Part shown: in pieces, positions 37,799 to 47,635 of the stretch | Layout of the letters: each line of letters starts with the position of its first letter | Numbering within the stretch: the stretch's first letter is position 1 | Assembly (NCBI GenBank): GCA_002840365.1 | Contig: PHAO01000001.1 | Span: forward strand, 303,514-367,513 | Reading direction: 5' to 3' | Source of the DNA: Candidatus Dojkabacteria bacterium HGW-Dojkabacteria-1 | GTDB lineage: Bacteria > Patescibacteriota > Dojkabacteria > SC72 | Length of the DNA stretch: 64,000 bases | Notes under the pieces: model-generated | Database searches by the model: none | What the model was told of the DNA's origin: nothing | Seen by the model: the letters and a program-made list of their open reading frames with translations, nothing else | Position numbers and translations under genes: made by a program

Positions 37799-39100
37799 CT
37801 ATCTCTTCATATGGAAGTATGCAGTTCTAAGTCCTGTATTAGGATTATCAATCACTGCGTACTGATCTCCACAACTATCAACACCTTTTCTCAAATTACC
37901 ATCCATTGCTGCATAGACTGGGATATTAGTCCAAAGTGTACTCGTTATATCTATAGCATACCTTGGTGCTGTACATGACCCTCTTGCAGAGTGTGTAGAG
38001 CCATCTCCTGTAAGTATAACAGTACCACCAAGAGGAACTCTCATACTGCCACTAGTAATGTAGAAATACTTCCAACCAGAAGCAGACATCCACCAATAGT
38101 CAGTACTTTTTACTAGGTGTCCTGCAAATGTATTAACTTTACCGCAACCATCCCATGCCGAAGACCCAATTGTATCTATAGAGAAGTGAAGGTGTGTACC
38201 TGTACTACAAGCACTTGAACCCTCTTTTACAGTACCTATCCATGTACCTTTTGTAACCCATCCATAGTTAGCCATTTTGTCTCCATGGGCAGCTATGTAT
38301 TCCATGATTGCATTATCAAAGGAAGACTGCATAGTTCTGTATGTATCCAATTGTGCAAGAATTTCTCTTCCTCTTCTTTGAGATTCTGCAAGTAATCTCT
38401 CTCTTTCAGCTTTTTGAGCTGCAAGACTGTTTTTTTCTTCAACTAATCTTGTTTTTTCTACCTCTATATCATTTCTTTTAATTTGTAATTCAGCTCTTTC
38501 CTTTGCAAGGAGTATTTCTTCTTGTTCAAGTTCCTCAGTTCTTTTACCATAGCTTTCTAGTGAGCTTTTATCCTTCTCTCTAGTTTCAATCAAATATTTT
38601 GTTTTTCTTAATACAGTATCAATATTCTTAACATCCATTATTAATTCCAAAAAACCGACATATGAATATTTATATGATTCTGTAACTCTTTGATTTACTA
38701 CTTCCTTAAGGATATTAATCTCTTGTTTTAATATACTTAGTTGATCTTCTTTTGCTTGTATTTCTTTTGCTAAGAGATTTATCTCTACATCTTGAGCTGC
38801 AATCTCCATGTGTAATGTATTAATTACTCTTTCCGTTTCTGCTACTTGTTGAGTTATATAGTTAATCTTTTCTTGTAAAGAAAGTTGCTGATACTGTTCA
38901 TCTGCTAACTTCTTAGAGAGAGCAGACTGTTGTTTGTTTGCTTCTGCAAGCTTAGCTCTTAGGTAATCAAGACATTCTCTTGATGAAGGATCCATATTTG
39001 AAGGACAAAGGGAAGATGCGTCAGTATCCCTTGCAGGTAGATTGACTGCTGTAACAATGGTGAGGGTTACAATTGTAATTAGTAACAGAACTTTTTTCAT
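37799..39100 (-). CDS. Coiled-coil M23 peptidase-domain protein (EnvC/PcsB-like partner of FtsEX)
   Basis: Signal peptide, about 230 aa of heptad-rich coiled coil, and a C-terminal M23-like motif (TGTHLHFSI). Directly downstream of ftsX. Confidence 0.6.
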   Translation of the reverse strand: MKKVLLLITIVTLTIVTAVNLPARDTDASSLCPSNMDPSSRECLDYLRAKLAEANKQQSALSKKLADEQYQQLSLQEKINYITQQVAETERVINTLHMEIAAQDVEINLLAKEIQAKEDQLSILKQEINILKEVVNQRVTESYKYSYVGFLELIMDVKNIDTVLRKTKYLIETREKDKSSLESYGKRTEELEQEEILLAKERAELQIKRNDIEVEKTRLVEEKNSLAAQKAERERLLAESQRRGREILAQLDTYRTMQSSFDNAIMEYIAAHGDKMANYGWVTKGTWIGTVKEGSSACSTGTHLHFSIDTIGSSAWDGCGKVNTFAGHLVKSTDYWWMSASGWKYFYITSGSMRVPLGGTVILTGDGSTHSARGSCTAPRYAIDITSTLWTNIPVYAAMDGNLRKGVDSCGDQYAVIDNPNTGLRTAYFHMKR

Positions 39101-39103
39101 TGT

Positions 39104-40033
39104 TTACTCACTTAAATATTTCCTTACAGCACTATAACTACTAAAAAATCCTAGTAGAGAGCCTGCCAACATGTGTATTAAAAAGTATACCAGAATAAAG
39201 GCAAGAGTGGGTTGAGTTAAAAATGGCATTTTAAAATCGATAAAGACTTGGTTAATCCAATATGCAAAATCAGTGCCTCTCGAGTAAAAGATTACAATAT
39301 ACCAAGGTACAATGATTAGGAGTGATGAAATAAATCCTCCTATTAATCCATAGAATGTACCTTCAAGAATGAATGGGGTTCTAATAAATTTGTCCGAACT
39401 ACCAACTAAATGCATAATTTCAATTTCCTCTTGATGTAGTTTAATGTTAAAACCAATAGTAACCCTTATCAAAGATATTGTTACGATTGCCATCGCAGAA
39501 ATTAACACAATAGAGCCGATATTAATAATTCTTGACAAAGTCCGCATATTTTCTACTACATCTCTAAAGTACATTACTTCATCAACAGAGGCATTAATCT
39601 CTTTGGCTCTGTTAATATTTTCAATTACTTGTAACAGGGAATCTATATCTTTAGCTCTAATTTCTAAACTGGCAGGGAGTGAGTCTGCAGTAACAGTAGA
39701 AATTAAATCAGGATTATCAGCAAAATCCTGCCTATATATTTCTAATGCCTGTTCCTGAGAAACATATTCAATCTGTTCAATTAACTCTGCATTGTAAATA
39801 CTATCTCTAAAAGTAAGGATGTCAGACTCAGAGGTCCCTTTCTTAAAGAAGACAATGACCTGAGCTTTTTGTTCATAGTAATCTACTGCCTTCTTCGTAA
39901 GAATAGACATAGAGATGAAAACAGATGAAAGTGTAAAAACAATTGCAGAAACAAATATCGTTGATACTGTTAACCATTTATTTCTTTTTACATTTCTGCT
40001 GGTAACTTTTAATAGCTTTGTAGTACTAAGCAT
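39104..40033 (-). CDS. ftsX: Cell-division ABC transporter permease FtsX
   Basis: N-terminal TM helix, a large extracytoplasmic domain and 3 C-terminal TM helices; overlaps the ftsE stop. Confidence 0.75.
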   Translation of the reverse strand: MLSTTKLLKVTSRNVKRNKWLTVSTIFVSAIVFTLSSVFISMSILTKKAVDYYEQKAQVIVFFKKGTSESDILTFRDSIYNAELIEQIEYVSQEQALEIYRQDFADNPDLISTVTADSLPASLEIRAKDIDSLLQVIENINRAKEINASVDEVMYFRDVVENMRTLSRIINIGSIVLISAMAIVTISLIRVTIGFNIKLHQEEIEIMHLVGSSDKFIRTPFILEGTFYGLIGGFISSLLIIVPWYIVIFYSRGTDFAYWINQVFIDFKMPFLTQPTLAFILVYFLIHMLAGSLLGFFSSYSAVRKYLSE

Positions 40034-40949
40034 TTTTCGTATTCTTACTTAAATAATTTTTCACAAAAGTTTCTAATTCTTTGTGTTCCTCTTTTGATAA
40101 ATTCATGTTTTTCAAATCTCCAGCTGTGATATTTAAGAGAATTTCAGGAGAATTAATAGCAAATTTTAGGAATTTTTCTTTCAAAGTATCACTTAAACTA
40201 TTAAATTCGGGATGAACCTCTTTCTTTTCTTTCTTCTCCTCTTTTACCACTTCCTTTTCCTTAACTTCTTTTTTAGGTCCAATACTTTTGCCAGAATCTT
40301 CCTCCAGTCTTCCATTTACAATCTTAATAGTTCTAGCTTTGGAACCATTAACTAGGTGAAAGTCATGAGAAATTACCATGACTGTTGTACCTGTTGCATT
40401 AATAGTTTTAAGAATTTCTAATATTTGTTCTGCATTTTGCTGATCTAAGTTACCTGTAGGCTCATCTGCAATGAATAAATCCGGTTTGTTTGCTAATGCT
40501 CTCGCTATAGCACCCCTTTGCTGTTCTCCTCCTGAAAGTTCATCAGGAAACAGAGTTCTTCTTTCTCTTAATCCAACCAAATCCAAAAGATAATCAGTAG
40601 TATCAACTATTTCTTTTGGACTTTTATCAAGTATTTCTAATGCAAAAGCGATATTTTCTTCTAAAGTTTTACTCTGAAGAAGCTTTATATCTTGAAATAC
40701 TACTCCTAGCTTTTGTCTGTAAGCAGGAAGAAGTCTTCTAGTTAATTTCGGAACCTCAATATCTCTAAAGAAGATACTTCCAGAAGTAGGTATCTCTTCT
40801 CTAATTAATAATCTCATAATTGTTGATTTACCAGCACCAGATGGGCCAACAACAAAGCAAAATTCTCCTTCCTCTATATTGAAGTTGACGTCTTCTAATG
40901 CTGTGATATCTTCTTTATATCTTTTTGTAACTGTATCAAAGAGTACCAT
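40026..40949 (-). CDS. ftsE: Cell-division ATP-binding protein FtsE with a Lys/Glu-rich C-terminal extension
   Basis: Walker A GPSGAGKST, signature LSGGEQQR, Walker B LFIADEP; an extra low-complexity tail of about 80 aa. Confidence 0.85.
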   Translation of the reverse strand: MVLFDTVTKRYKEDITALEDVNFNIEEGEFCFVVGPSGAGKSTIMRLLIREEIPTSGSIFFRDIEVPKLTRRLLPAYRQKLGVVFQDIKLLQSKTLEENIAFALEILDKSPKEIVDTTDYLLDLVGLRERRTLFPDELSGGEQQRGAIARALANKPDLFIADEPTGNLDQQNAEQILEILKTINATGTTVMVISHDFHLVNGSKARTIKIVNGRLEEDSGKSIGPKKEVKEKEVVKEEKKEKKEVHPEFNSLSDTLKEKFLKFAINSPEILLNITAGDLKNMNLSKEEHKELETFVKNYLSKNTKNA

Positions 40950-40981
40950 GTATTCTAGGCAGTTAGGTTATACAACATATA

Positions 40982-42064
40982 TTACTGTATTCTTACTTGA
41001 GCTTCAACAAATTCATCTATTTCCCCATCTAATACACTTTCCGGATTACTAGTTTCTATTCCAGTTCTCAAATCTTTTACTAATTTGTATGGATGTAATA
41101 TGTAGTTTCGTATTTGGTTTCCCCAACCTGCAACCTTATGCTCTCCTTTTATCTCAGATATTTCTTTAAGTCTGTTTTCCTCAATTATCTTCCAAAGCTT
41201 ACCTCGCAGTATTTGCATTGCTCTCTCTCTGTTTTGTAACTGGCTTCTACCTTCAGAACAGTGTACAGATATTCCTGTTGGTATATGTGTAATTTGAACA
41301 GCAGAAGATGTTTTGTTTACATTCTGTCCTCCTGGACCACCTGATTTTACTGCTTTAAAATCAATGTCACTTTCGGGTATCTCAATATCTTGATTTAATT
41401 CCTCCATTACAGGCATAACTTCTACTCCAGCAAAGGATGTTTGTCTAAGATTTTGTGCATTAAAGGGAGAGAGCCTAATTAATCTGTGTGTACCATGCTC
41501 TTTTTTAAGTAGCCCATACACGTACTTACCATTTACATCGATAGTTACAGTGGATATACCAACTTCATTCCCCTTTGTAATATCTGTGACCTTGTAGGTC
41601 CATCCTTTTTTCTCAAAATATTTTGTATACATTCTAAAAAGCATTTCTGCCCAATCATTTGCTTCTGTACCTCCTTGTCCTGCATGAATTGAAAAGATTG
41701 CATTGCTTTTGTCGTATTTTCCTGAAAGAAATTTAAGTGTTTCAAAAGAAGCGATTTTTTCTTTCAAGGATTTGAAATCTGTTAAAAGAGAATCTGTTTC
41801 TTCCTCTGGTAATTCTTCATACAAAGAGAGTAGGGTTTCCGATTCTTCCTTCAATTGTTTTAAAGTTGATATTTCATCTGTAATCTCACTTATTTGTGCC
41901 AATATATTCTGTGCATTCTTTTGATCCTCCCAAAGGTCTTCCCTGGTACTTTCTTTTGTAAGTATTGCTAAGGCACTTTCTTTTGATGGGATATCCAAAG
42001 AAAGCTCTATATCATGTAACTTCTCTATTAATTCAGTTATATCTTTTTTACTAATTGTACTCAT
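40982..42064 (-). CDS. prfB: Peptide chain release factor 2, encoded without a programmed frameshift
   Basis: GGQ motif (GGPGGQNVNKTSSAV) and the SPF tripeptide (RLSPFNAQ) specific to RF2. A single uninterrupted 360-aa ORF. Confidence 0.85.
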   Translation of the reverse strand: MSTISKKDITELIEKLHDIELSLDIPSKESALAILTKESTREDLWEDQKNAQNILAQISEITDEISTLKQLKEESETLLSLYEELPEEETDSLLTDFKSLKEKIASFETLKFLSGKYDKSNAIFSIHAGQGGTEANDWAEMLFRMYTKYFEKKGWTYKVTDITKGNEVGISTVTIDVNGKYVYGLLKKEHGTHRLIRLSPFNAQNLRQTSFAGVEVMPVMEELNQDIEIPESDIDFKAVKSGGPGGQNVNKTSSAVQITHIPTGISVHCSEGRSQLQNRERAMQILRGKLWKIIEENRLKEISEIKGEHKVAGWGNQIRNYILHPYKLVKDLRTGIETSNPESVLDGEIDEFVEAQVRIQ

Positions 42065-42110
42065 TTGTGTATATTATACTAGTTTTTTACTTAATGACTA
42101 ATCTGCTAAT

Positions 42111-43763
42111 ATGTTTGGCCTATTCAACAAAAAAGAACAACAAAATTTAAATGGTTTCCTTGCTATTGATGGGAAGGAATTTGTTACTTTAGTAATACTT
42201 GATGGTTTTGGTATTCATCCAGATCCAGAGGGTAATTCTGTATTAGCAGCTAAGACTCCCTTTTTAGATTTAGCATGGTCTAAGAGTAGATCTACTTTGA
42301 TTCATGCTTCTGGTACATATGTGGGTTTGCCAGGAGAAGAAGATGGAAACTCAGAGGTTGGACATCTTAACCTTGGTGCAGGGCAAGTAGTATATCAAAC
42401 ATTACCAAGAATTAATGATGCAATATCAACACATGAACTAGACAAAAATGATGTTCTTAAAGAGACCTTTTCACAAGTGAGGAAAAGAAATTCCAATTTA
42501 CATTTGGTAGGGGTATTAAGTGCAGCCGGTGTGCATGGACATATTAAGCATCTTTTCTCCCTTATGGAGCTTGCTAAAGCTAATGGTGTAAATCCATATA
42601 TTCATGTAATGCTCGATGGAAGAGACACTCCACCTAAGGATGGCTTTTTGTATTTAAACAAATTAAATGAAAAGATAGCGGAATTAGGAGTAGGAAGAAT
42701 TGCGTCTATGCAAGGAAGATTCTATGGAATGGATAGGGATAACAGGTGGGAAAGGATAAAATTAGCATATGATGCTATGGTAGGTCTTTCTCAAGAGACT
42801 TTCCAAGACCCTATTGTGGCTATACAGAATGCATATGCAAAAAATGAGACTGATCAATTCTTCAAACCAAGAACTAGAGTAGATGCGGCAGGTAAACCTG
42901 TAGGTCCAATTAGACAAAACGATGTAGTGATATATTGGAATTTCAGAGAGGATAGGGCGAGAGAATTGACTAAAGCTTTTGTTTTGAGAGATTTTAATCA
43001 CTTTGTTAGAAGAGATTTTCCAGAAAATCTTTACTTTGCGACAATGACTGGTTATGAAGAAGGTATACCTGCACATGTAATCTTTCCTCCTAAAAAGATT
43101 AAAAAATCTTTGGCTTCATATCTTGCAGACAACAATATGAATCAATTACATGTTTCAGAAACTGAAAAGAATATGCATGTAACTTACTTCTTTAATGGTG
43201 GTATCGAGGCTCCACATAAAGGTGAACAAAATATTAACATTCCTTCTCCAAGAGTAGATAACTATGCAATGGTTCCTGCTATGAGTGCAGAATTAATCAG
43301 AGATGAAGTTTTAAACAATATAAAGAATATAAAGAGTAATGGATACAAATTTATCCTTATCAATTTCGCAAATCCTGATATGCTAGGTCACACAGGGGAT
43401 TTTAAAGCAGCAGTGATGGGGAATGAGATTGTAGATAATCTAACTGCACAAATTGCAAAAGCAACCTTAGAATTAGGAGGTGCCGCTATTATTACTGCTG
43501 ACCATGGTAATTGTGAGACTATGGTAAACAGGGTAACAAAAGAAATAGATATTGCACACACGAATAATCCTGTACCAATGATTATTATGACAGATAAAGA
43601 GGAAATGGTTCCTACACAGGGAATGAATATTCTTAAGGTTGGAACAGGTCCAAATGCAAAATCAACAGGACTACTAGCAGATGTTGCTCCTACATGCTTA
43701 GGTCTTCTTGGTTTAGAGGTCCCTGATAGTATGACAGGTGTTGATTTAAGAACGGTACTTTAA
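42111..43763 (+). CDS. gpmI: 2,3-bisphosphoglycerate-independent phosphoglycerate mutase
   Basis: 550 aa; N-terminal ...LVILDGFG... metal-binding region and the conserved C-terminal ...ADHGN... phosphatase domain. Confidence 0.85.
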   Translation: MFGLFNKKEQQNLNGFLAIDGKEFVTLVILDGFGIHPDPEGNSVLAAKTPFLDLAWSKSRSTLIHASGTYVGLPGEEDGNSEVGHLNLGAGQVVYQTLPRINDAISTHELDKNDVLKETFSQVRKRNSNLHLVGVLSAAGVHGHIKHLFSLMELAKANGVNPYIHVMLDGRDTPPKDGFLYLNKLNEKIAELGVGRIASMQGRFYGMDRDNRWERIKLAYDAMVGLSQETFQDPIVAIQNAYAKNETDQFFKPRTRVDAAGKPVGPIRQNDVVIYWNFREDRARELTKAFVLRDFNHFVRRDFPENLYFATMTGYEEGIPAHVIFPPKKIKKSLASYLADNNMNQLHVSETEKNMHVTYFFNGGIEAPHKGEQNINIPSPRVDNYAMVPAMSAELIRDEVLNNIKNIKSNGYKFILINFANPDMLGHTGDFKAAVMGNEIVDNLTAQIAKATLELGGAAIITADHGNCETMVNRVTKEIDIAHTNNPVPMIIMTDKEEMVPTQGMNILKVGTGPNAKSTGLLADVAPTCLGLLGLEVPDSMTGVDLRTVL

Positions 43764-44531
43764 TCAAAAGAAAAGTACTATTAACAGTACTATTCCCAAA
43801 AATATTCTATAGTATCCAAAGATACTTAACCATTTTTCTTTCTTTATATTTCTTAAGAGTATTAGTGCTAGATATGCAAAAAGAGAAGAAACAATTATTC
43901 CTACAAAATGTGTAATATTAAAACCATCTTGAGGGGAATATTTGAAAATACCGTATATAGAAGTACCTAAAAGTATCGGTATACCAAGAAGAAAAGAGTA
44001 CTGTAGTGCACTGTATTTATTTACTCCTGAAAGAATACCTGCAATCGTTGTTATACCTGATCTTGATGTCCCAGGAATAAGAGCAACAATTTGTGCCAAA
44101 CCCATTGTTAATGATTGTTTCCATGAGATTTCTCTAAGGTTAGATTCTTGTTTTTCTTTGTATTTTCTCTCAACCAATATCATTACAAGACCCCAGAATA
44201 TTAAGGAGAGAGCAATGAATATTTCTCCTCTTAATATTCCCTCTATTATAGATTGTAAGAAAAAACCAACTACTGCGGCAGGAATTGTTGATACAAGAAT
44301 TTTTAAATAGAAAGAATGAGTATCTTTTTGAAGAATTTCCTTAAAAAGAGTTGGAGCAAAATATACAACAATGGCTATGGTTGTACCTAAATGAAGTAAT
44401 GCAAGAATGTATGTATCTGCTTCTAACCCAATTAATTTACCGGTTAAGATTAAGTGTGCACTACTAGAAATGGGTAAGAGTTCCGTAATACCCTGTTCAA
44501 TTGCTAATAATATGACCTTAAACATCTCCAT
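43764..44531 (-). CDS. uppP: Undecaprenyl-diphosphatase (BacA/UppP)
   Basis: ELLPISSSAHL and the PGTSRSG motifs typical of UppP; 8 TM helices. Confidence 0.85.
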   Translation of the reverse strand: MEMFKVILLAIEQGITELLPISSSAHLILTGKLIGLEADTYILALLHLGTTIAIVVYFAPTLFKEILQKDTHSFYLKILVSTIPAAVVGFFLQSIIEGILRGEIFIALSLIFWGLVMILVERKYKEKQESNLREISWKQSLTMGLAQIVALIPGTSRSGITTIAGILSGVNKYSALQYSFLLGIPILLGTSIYGIFKYSPQDGFNITHFVGIIVSSLFAYLALILLRNIKKEKWLSIFGYYRIFLGIVLLIVLFF

Positions 44532-44578
44532 ATATTTTGATATGCTAGATTAATTACATGTGGTAATATCTTACTGTT

Positions 44579-45268
44579 ATGATATTAAAAAATCTAGTTG
44601 TATATGTTCTTACTTTAATAATACTTGGTGTATCCCCTATATTAAGTCATGCTGCTTCTCCTAGTTTTTCCTTCTATCCTCAAAATGGTAGTGTAAGAGA
44701 TGCCTCTAAAGGTTTTACAGTTGATATATTAATAGATTCTGCAGGAGAAAGAATTACAAAAGCTAGGTTTGCAGTAACATTTGATCCGACCAAAATACAA
44801 ATTGTTAAAGCGAATAGGAATAATACTCTCTTTGATCAATGGCCTGAGGATGAAAGTACAATAGATAATCAGAGAGGGATGGTAATGCTAACTGGTTTTA
44901 CTCAATCAGGTGGTACAAAAAGTCTCTACCTAACCGAGGGAGAGCCAGACGTTATGGCAAGATTAGAATTTGAAGTTATTACTGAAGAAAAAGGAGAGAT
45001 AGTATTGAATTTCGAATATTCAGGAGGTGACGATTTATTCAAATCTGTAATTATGAAAGAGGGTAGTCCTCCTCAAAATGTTCTAGCTTCTCAACCAGAA
45101 TCAGCAAATTTTGCATTAAGAGGATTTGTAAGTCCAAGTACTGCCATAGAACCAAGCCATCTTGGTATTGTTGCTGGTTTAGTTTTAATTGCAGTAGGTA
45201 TCTTTATCAGTAATTCTAAAGTATCTTCTTTTAGAAAACGTAAGGGTACTGTTGTATTGTATGAATAA
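44579..45268 (+). CDS. Secreted protein with a C-terminal TM anchor (possible cohesin-like beta-sandwich surface protein)
   Basis: Signal peptide, a beta-rich central region and a C-terminal hydrophobic helix followed by basic residues. Confidence 0.35.
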   Translation: MILKNLVVYVLTLIILGVSPILSHAASPSFSFYPQNGSVRDASKGFTVDILIDSAGERITKARFAVTFDPTKIQIVKANRNNTLFDQWPEDESTIDNQRGMVMLTGFTQSGGTKSLYLTEGEPDVMARLEFEVITEEKGEIVLNFEYSGGDDLFKSVIMKEGSPPQNVLASQPESANFALRGFVSPSTAIEPSHLGIVAGLVLIAVGIFISNSKVSSFRKRKGTVVLYE

Positions 45269-46370
45269 AGATATTTCAAATCTTAAAGTAGCTATTGTTT
45301 CTGATCACTATTTTACTTTTGCTGGGGCTAGCTTTGTTACAAAAGAGCTAGGTTCTTTGTTTAAAAATCCACATTACTATTTTTTAATGGGTGATTCAAT
45401 CAAGGCAAAGAAATATTTCAAAACGAATAGGATATTTTTCACTGGATTAAACAAATTCCCACTATTGAAAAAATACTACAGATATACATACTTTCTTTGG
45501 CCAGTATTTATAGAAACTTTTGATTTCTCTAAATATGATTTAGTAATTTCAAGTAGTTTTTCAGTTTCTCATGGTGTAATAACGGGTATTTATACAAAAC
45601 ATATTGCATATATTCATACCCCTATGAGATATGCATGGGATTTAACCAATGAATACTTTCCTTCAAAGACATTTTTTCTTAAAAGATTGATTGTTCATTT
45701 CTTTTTGAACTTTTTAAGAATATGGGATGTATATGCTTCTAGTAGGGCAGATTGTATTCTTGCAAATTCAAATTTTGTAAGAGACAGGGTAACGAAATAT
45801 TGGAAAAGGAATGTAGACAAAGTAATACATCCTCCAGTGAGTTTGTATAAAGGTAAAACTATTACAAGAAGAGAGAAGTATTTTGTTGCAGGAGCACCCT
45901 TTGAACCTAACAAGGGGGGATATTTTATCTTACATTGTGCTTCTAAGTTAGGTTTCGAATTAAAAGTAATTGGTATAGGAGATTCATACAAAAAATTAAG
46001 GAAAAAATACTCTAAAAACGAAAACATACATTTCTTAGGAAAAGTTACCGACAAGGAAAAATATGATGTACTATCAAAAGCACAAGGTTTCATATGCTCT
46101 GGTACAGAAGATTTTGGTATTTTCCCTGTAGAAGCAATGTCTTGTGGTACTCCTGTTTTGGCGATTAGAAAGGGTGGGTATTTAGATTTTGTACAGGAAG
46201 GTGTTAATGGAATGTTTTTTGACTATCAAATTGTTGAATCATTTGAAACTGTATACAAATCTTTTAAAAAGAAAAAATGGGATTATGCAAAAGTAAAAGA
46301 CTCTGTAAAAGGCTTTGCTAAAGAGAGATTTGAGAAAGAAATAAAAACTTTCGTATTGAAAAATATCTAA
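45252..46370 (+). CDS. GT4-family (GT-B) glycosyltransferase
   Basis: C-terminal EDFGIFPVEAMSCGTPVLA (E-x7-E motif) typical of retaining GT4 enzymes. Confidence 0.7.
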   Translation: MYCMNKDISNLKVAIVSDHYFTFAGASFVTKELGSLFKNPHYYFLMGDSIKAKKYFKTNRIFFTGLNKFPLLKKYYRYTYFLWPVFIETFDFSKYDLVISSSFSVSHGVITGIYTKHIAYIHTPMRYAWDLTNEYFPSKTFFLKRLIVHFFLNFLRIWDVYASSRADCILANSNFVRDRVTKYWKRNVDKVIHPPVSLYKGKTITRREKYFVAGAPFEPNKGGYFILHCASKLGFELKVIGIGDSYKKLRKKYSKNENIHFLGKVTDKEKYDVLSKAQGFICSGTEDFGIFPVEAMSCGTPVLAIRKGGYLDFVQEGVNGMFFDYQIVESFETVYKSFKKKKWDYAKVKDSVKGFAKERFEKEIKTFVLKNI

Positions 46371-46395
46371 TAGATTGTTATTATACATACTATAT

Positions 46396-46471
46396 GCCTA
46401 GATAGCTCAGTTGGTAGAGCATCTGTCTGAAGAACAGAGGGTCCTCAGTTCAAATCTGAGTCTAGGCACCA
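46396..46471 (+). tRNA. tRNA-Phe (anticodon GAA), CCA encoded
   Basis: GCCTAGA / TAGCTCAGTTGGTAGAGC / TCTGT-CTGAAGA-ACAGA / CCTCA-GTTCAAA-TCTGAG / TCTAGGC-A-CCA. Confidence 0.85.
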
Positions 46472-46546
46472 GGCGAGAGTAGTTCAGTTGGCTAGAACGA
46501 CACATTGCCAATGTGTAGGTCGCGGGTTCGAACCCCGTCTCTCGCT
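46472..46546 (+). tRNA. tRNA-Gly (anticodon GCC)
   Basis: GGCGAGA acceptor, anticodon stem ACACA/TGTGT with loop TTGCCAA, T arm with TTCGAAC loop; abuts tRNA-Phe. Confidence 0.8.
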
Positions 46547-46669
46547 CCAGTATTTTACCCTCTAAAACAATGTCTCCAGAACATTCAAGATTTGCTCCAG
46601 AAGATTTTTTTTTCAATACAAGAGTTACAGGAATGGGGGGTAAAGTCTCTACTTGAATTAGAGGAAGAA

Positions 46670-46942
46670 ATGGGTTCATATCTAAATATTGTTTTAAGAA
46701 ATTATAAATATGGAACACGCTTCATGCATGCAGAAGCATATGAACTTTGTTGTGCTGGAATAATGTGGCCTGAGTTTTTATACGATCCTAAAAGGTCAAA
46801 CTATGTTCTAGCGTTTCATTCACTCAATACATTAGAAAATCAGGACTTAAGGTTTGCTTTTGAAGATTGGTTTAACCTTAATAGGGGTGAAATTGCAGAG
46901 AGGGCTGCAGAGGCTTTAGGGAAAGAGATAGAAACTATTTAA
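46670..46942 (+). CDS. Hypothetical protein (about 90 aa). The track ORF 46505-46942 is trimmed to the first ATG that does not overlap the tRNA.
   Basis: An upstream in-frame extension would overlap tRNA-Gly. The internal start gives MGSYLNIVLRNYKYG... Confidence 0.3.
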   Translation: MGSYLNIVLRNYKYGTRFMHAEAYELCCAGIMWPEFLYDPKRSNYVLAFHSLNTLENQDLRFAFEDWFNLNRGEIAERAAEALGKEIETI

Positions 46943-47553
46943 ATAGATTGTCTTATTTTTCTCATAATCTTCTTCTTACTCTTGTAAAGCAAGTATCCAA
47001 TAGTACCTCCCACCAATATAATTATTATCCATCTATCCAATATCTTTATATAATCAGTTACTAATTCCCAATTTTCTCCTGCTTCTAGACCAATAAAAGA
47101 GATTAGGATTGTATATGTAAACATGCCAAGAAATATTGCTACTACATATTGAAAGAGATTTACCTTTACATATCCTGCTGCAATACTTGCTACAATTCTT
47201 AACCATGGTATTAATCTTGTAATATATACATATATAAAACCTCTCTTTCTCACTATTTTTTTGTTGCTCTCTATCTTCTCTGTATCTATATGTAAGAATT
47301 TACCTTTACCATTTAACCATTTATACAAAACATCTTCTGTGAATATATAACCGATAAAGTAGGTAGGTATTCCACCTACTAAGGCACCAAATGAAGCGGC
47401 TAGAGCTGTAAACCAAATATTAGAATCGGGTGTTGCAGAGAAAAGTGCAATAACTATTTCAGAGGGGAAAAGGCCAAGCGATGAGAGAAATACTCCCCAA
47501 TATCCCATATCTACTAAAATTTCTACAGTTTTTGTTAAAAGAAAATCTATCAT
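46939..47553 (-). CDS. DedA/TVP38-family membrane protein
   Basis: 204 aa, 4-5 TM helices, with a GxxxF/G-rich re-entrant motif region typical of DedA. Confidence 0.6.
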   Translation of the reverse strand: MIDFLLTKTVEILVDMGYWGVFLSSLGLFPSEIVIALFSATPDSNIWFTALAASFGALVGGIPTYFIGYIFTEDVLYKWLNGKGKFLHIDTEKIESNKKIVRKRGFIYVYITRLIPWLRIVASIAAGYVKVNLFQYVVAIFLGMFTYTILISFIGLEAGENWELVTDYIKILDRWIIIILVGGTIGYLLYKSKKKIMRKIRQSI

Positions 47554-47635
47554 GTATACAATTATGATAGTAACAGATATTTAAAAATCTTTGAATTGTC
47601 TTTCAAAATATATTGGAGTAGTATAAACTTTTCGT

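Noticed and set aside
40982-42064. Programmed +1 frameshift site in prfB
   Set aside because: RF2 is encoded as one continuous 360-aa frame from the MSTISKKD start. No in-frame UGA/CUUUGAC frameshift cassette is needed.
46407-46718. 103-aa - strand ORF and the 5' part of the 145-aa + strand ORF (46505-46669) overlapping tRNA-Phe and tRNA-Gly. Likewise the N-termini of ORFs 57648-57998 (over tRNA-Leu) and 62632-63060 (over tRNA-Lys).
   Set aside because: The tRNA cloverleaves are unambiguous. The ORF-caller simply extended to the first upstream ATG. I trimmed these to internal starts or dropped them.
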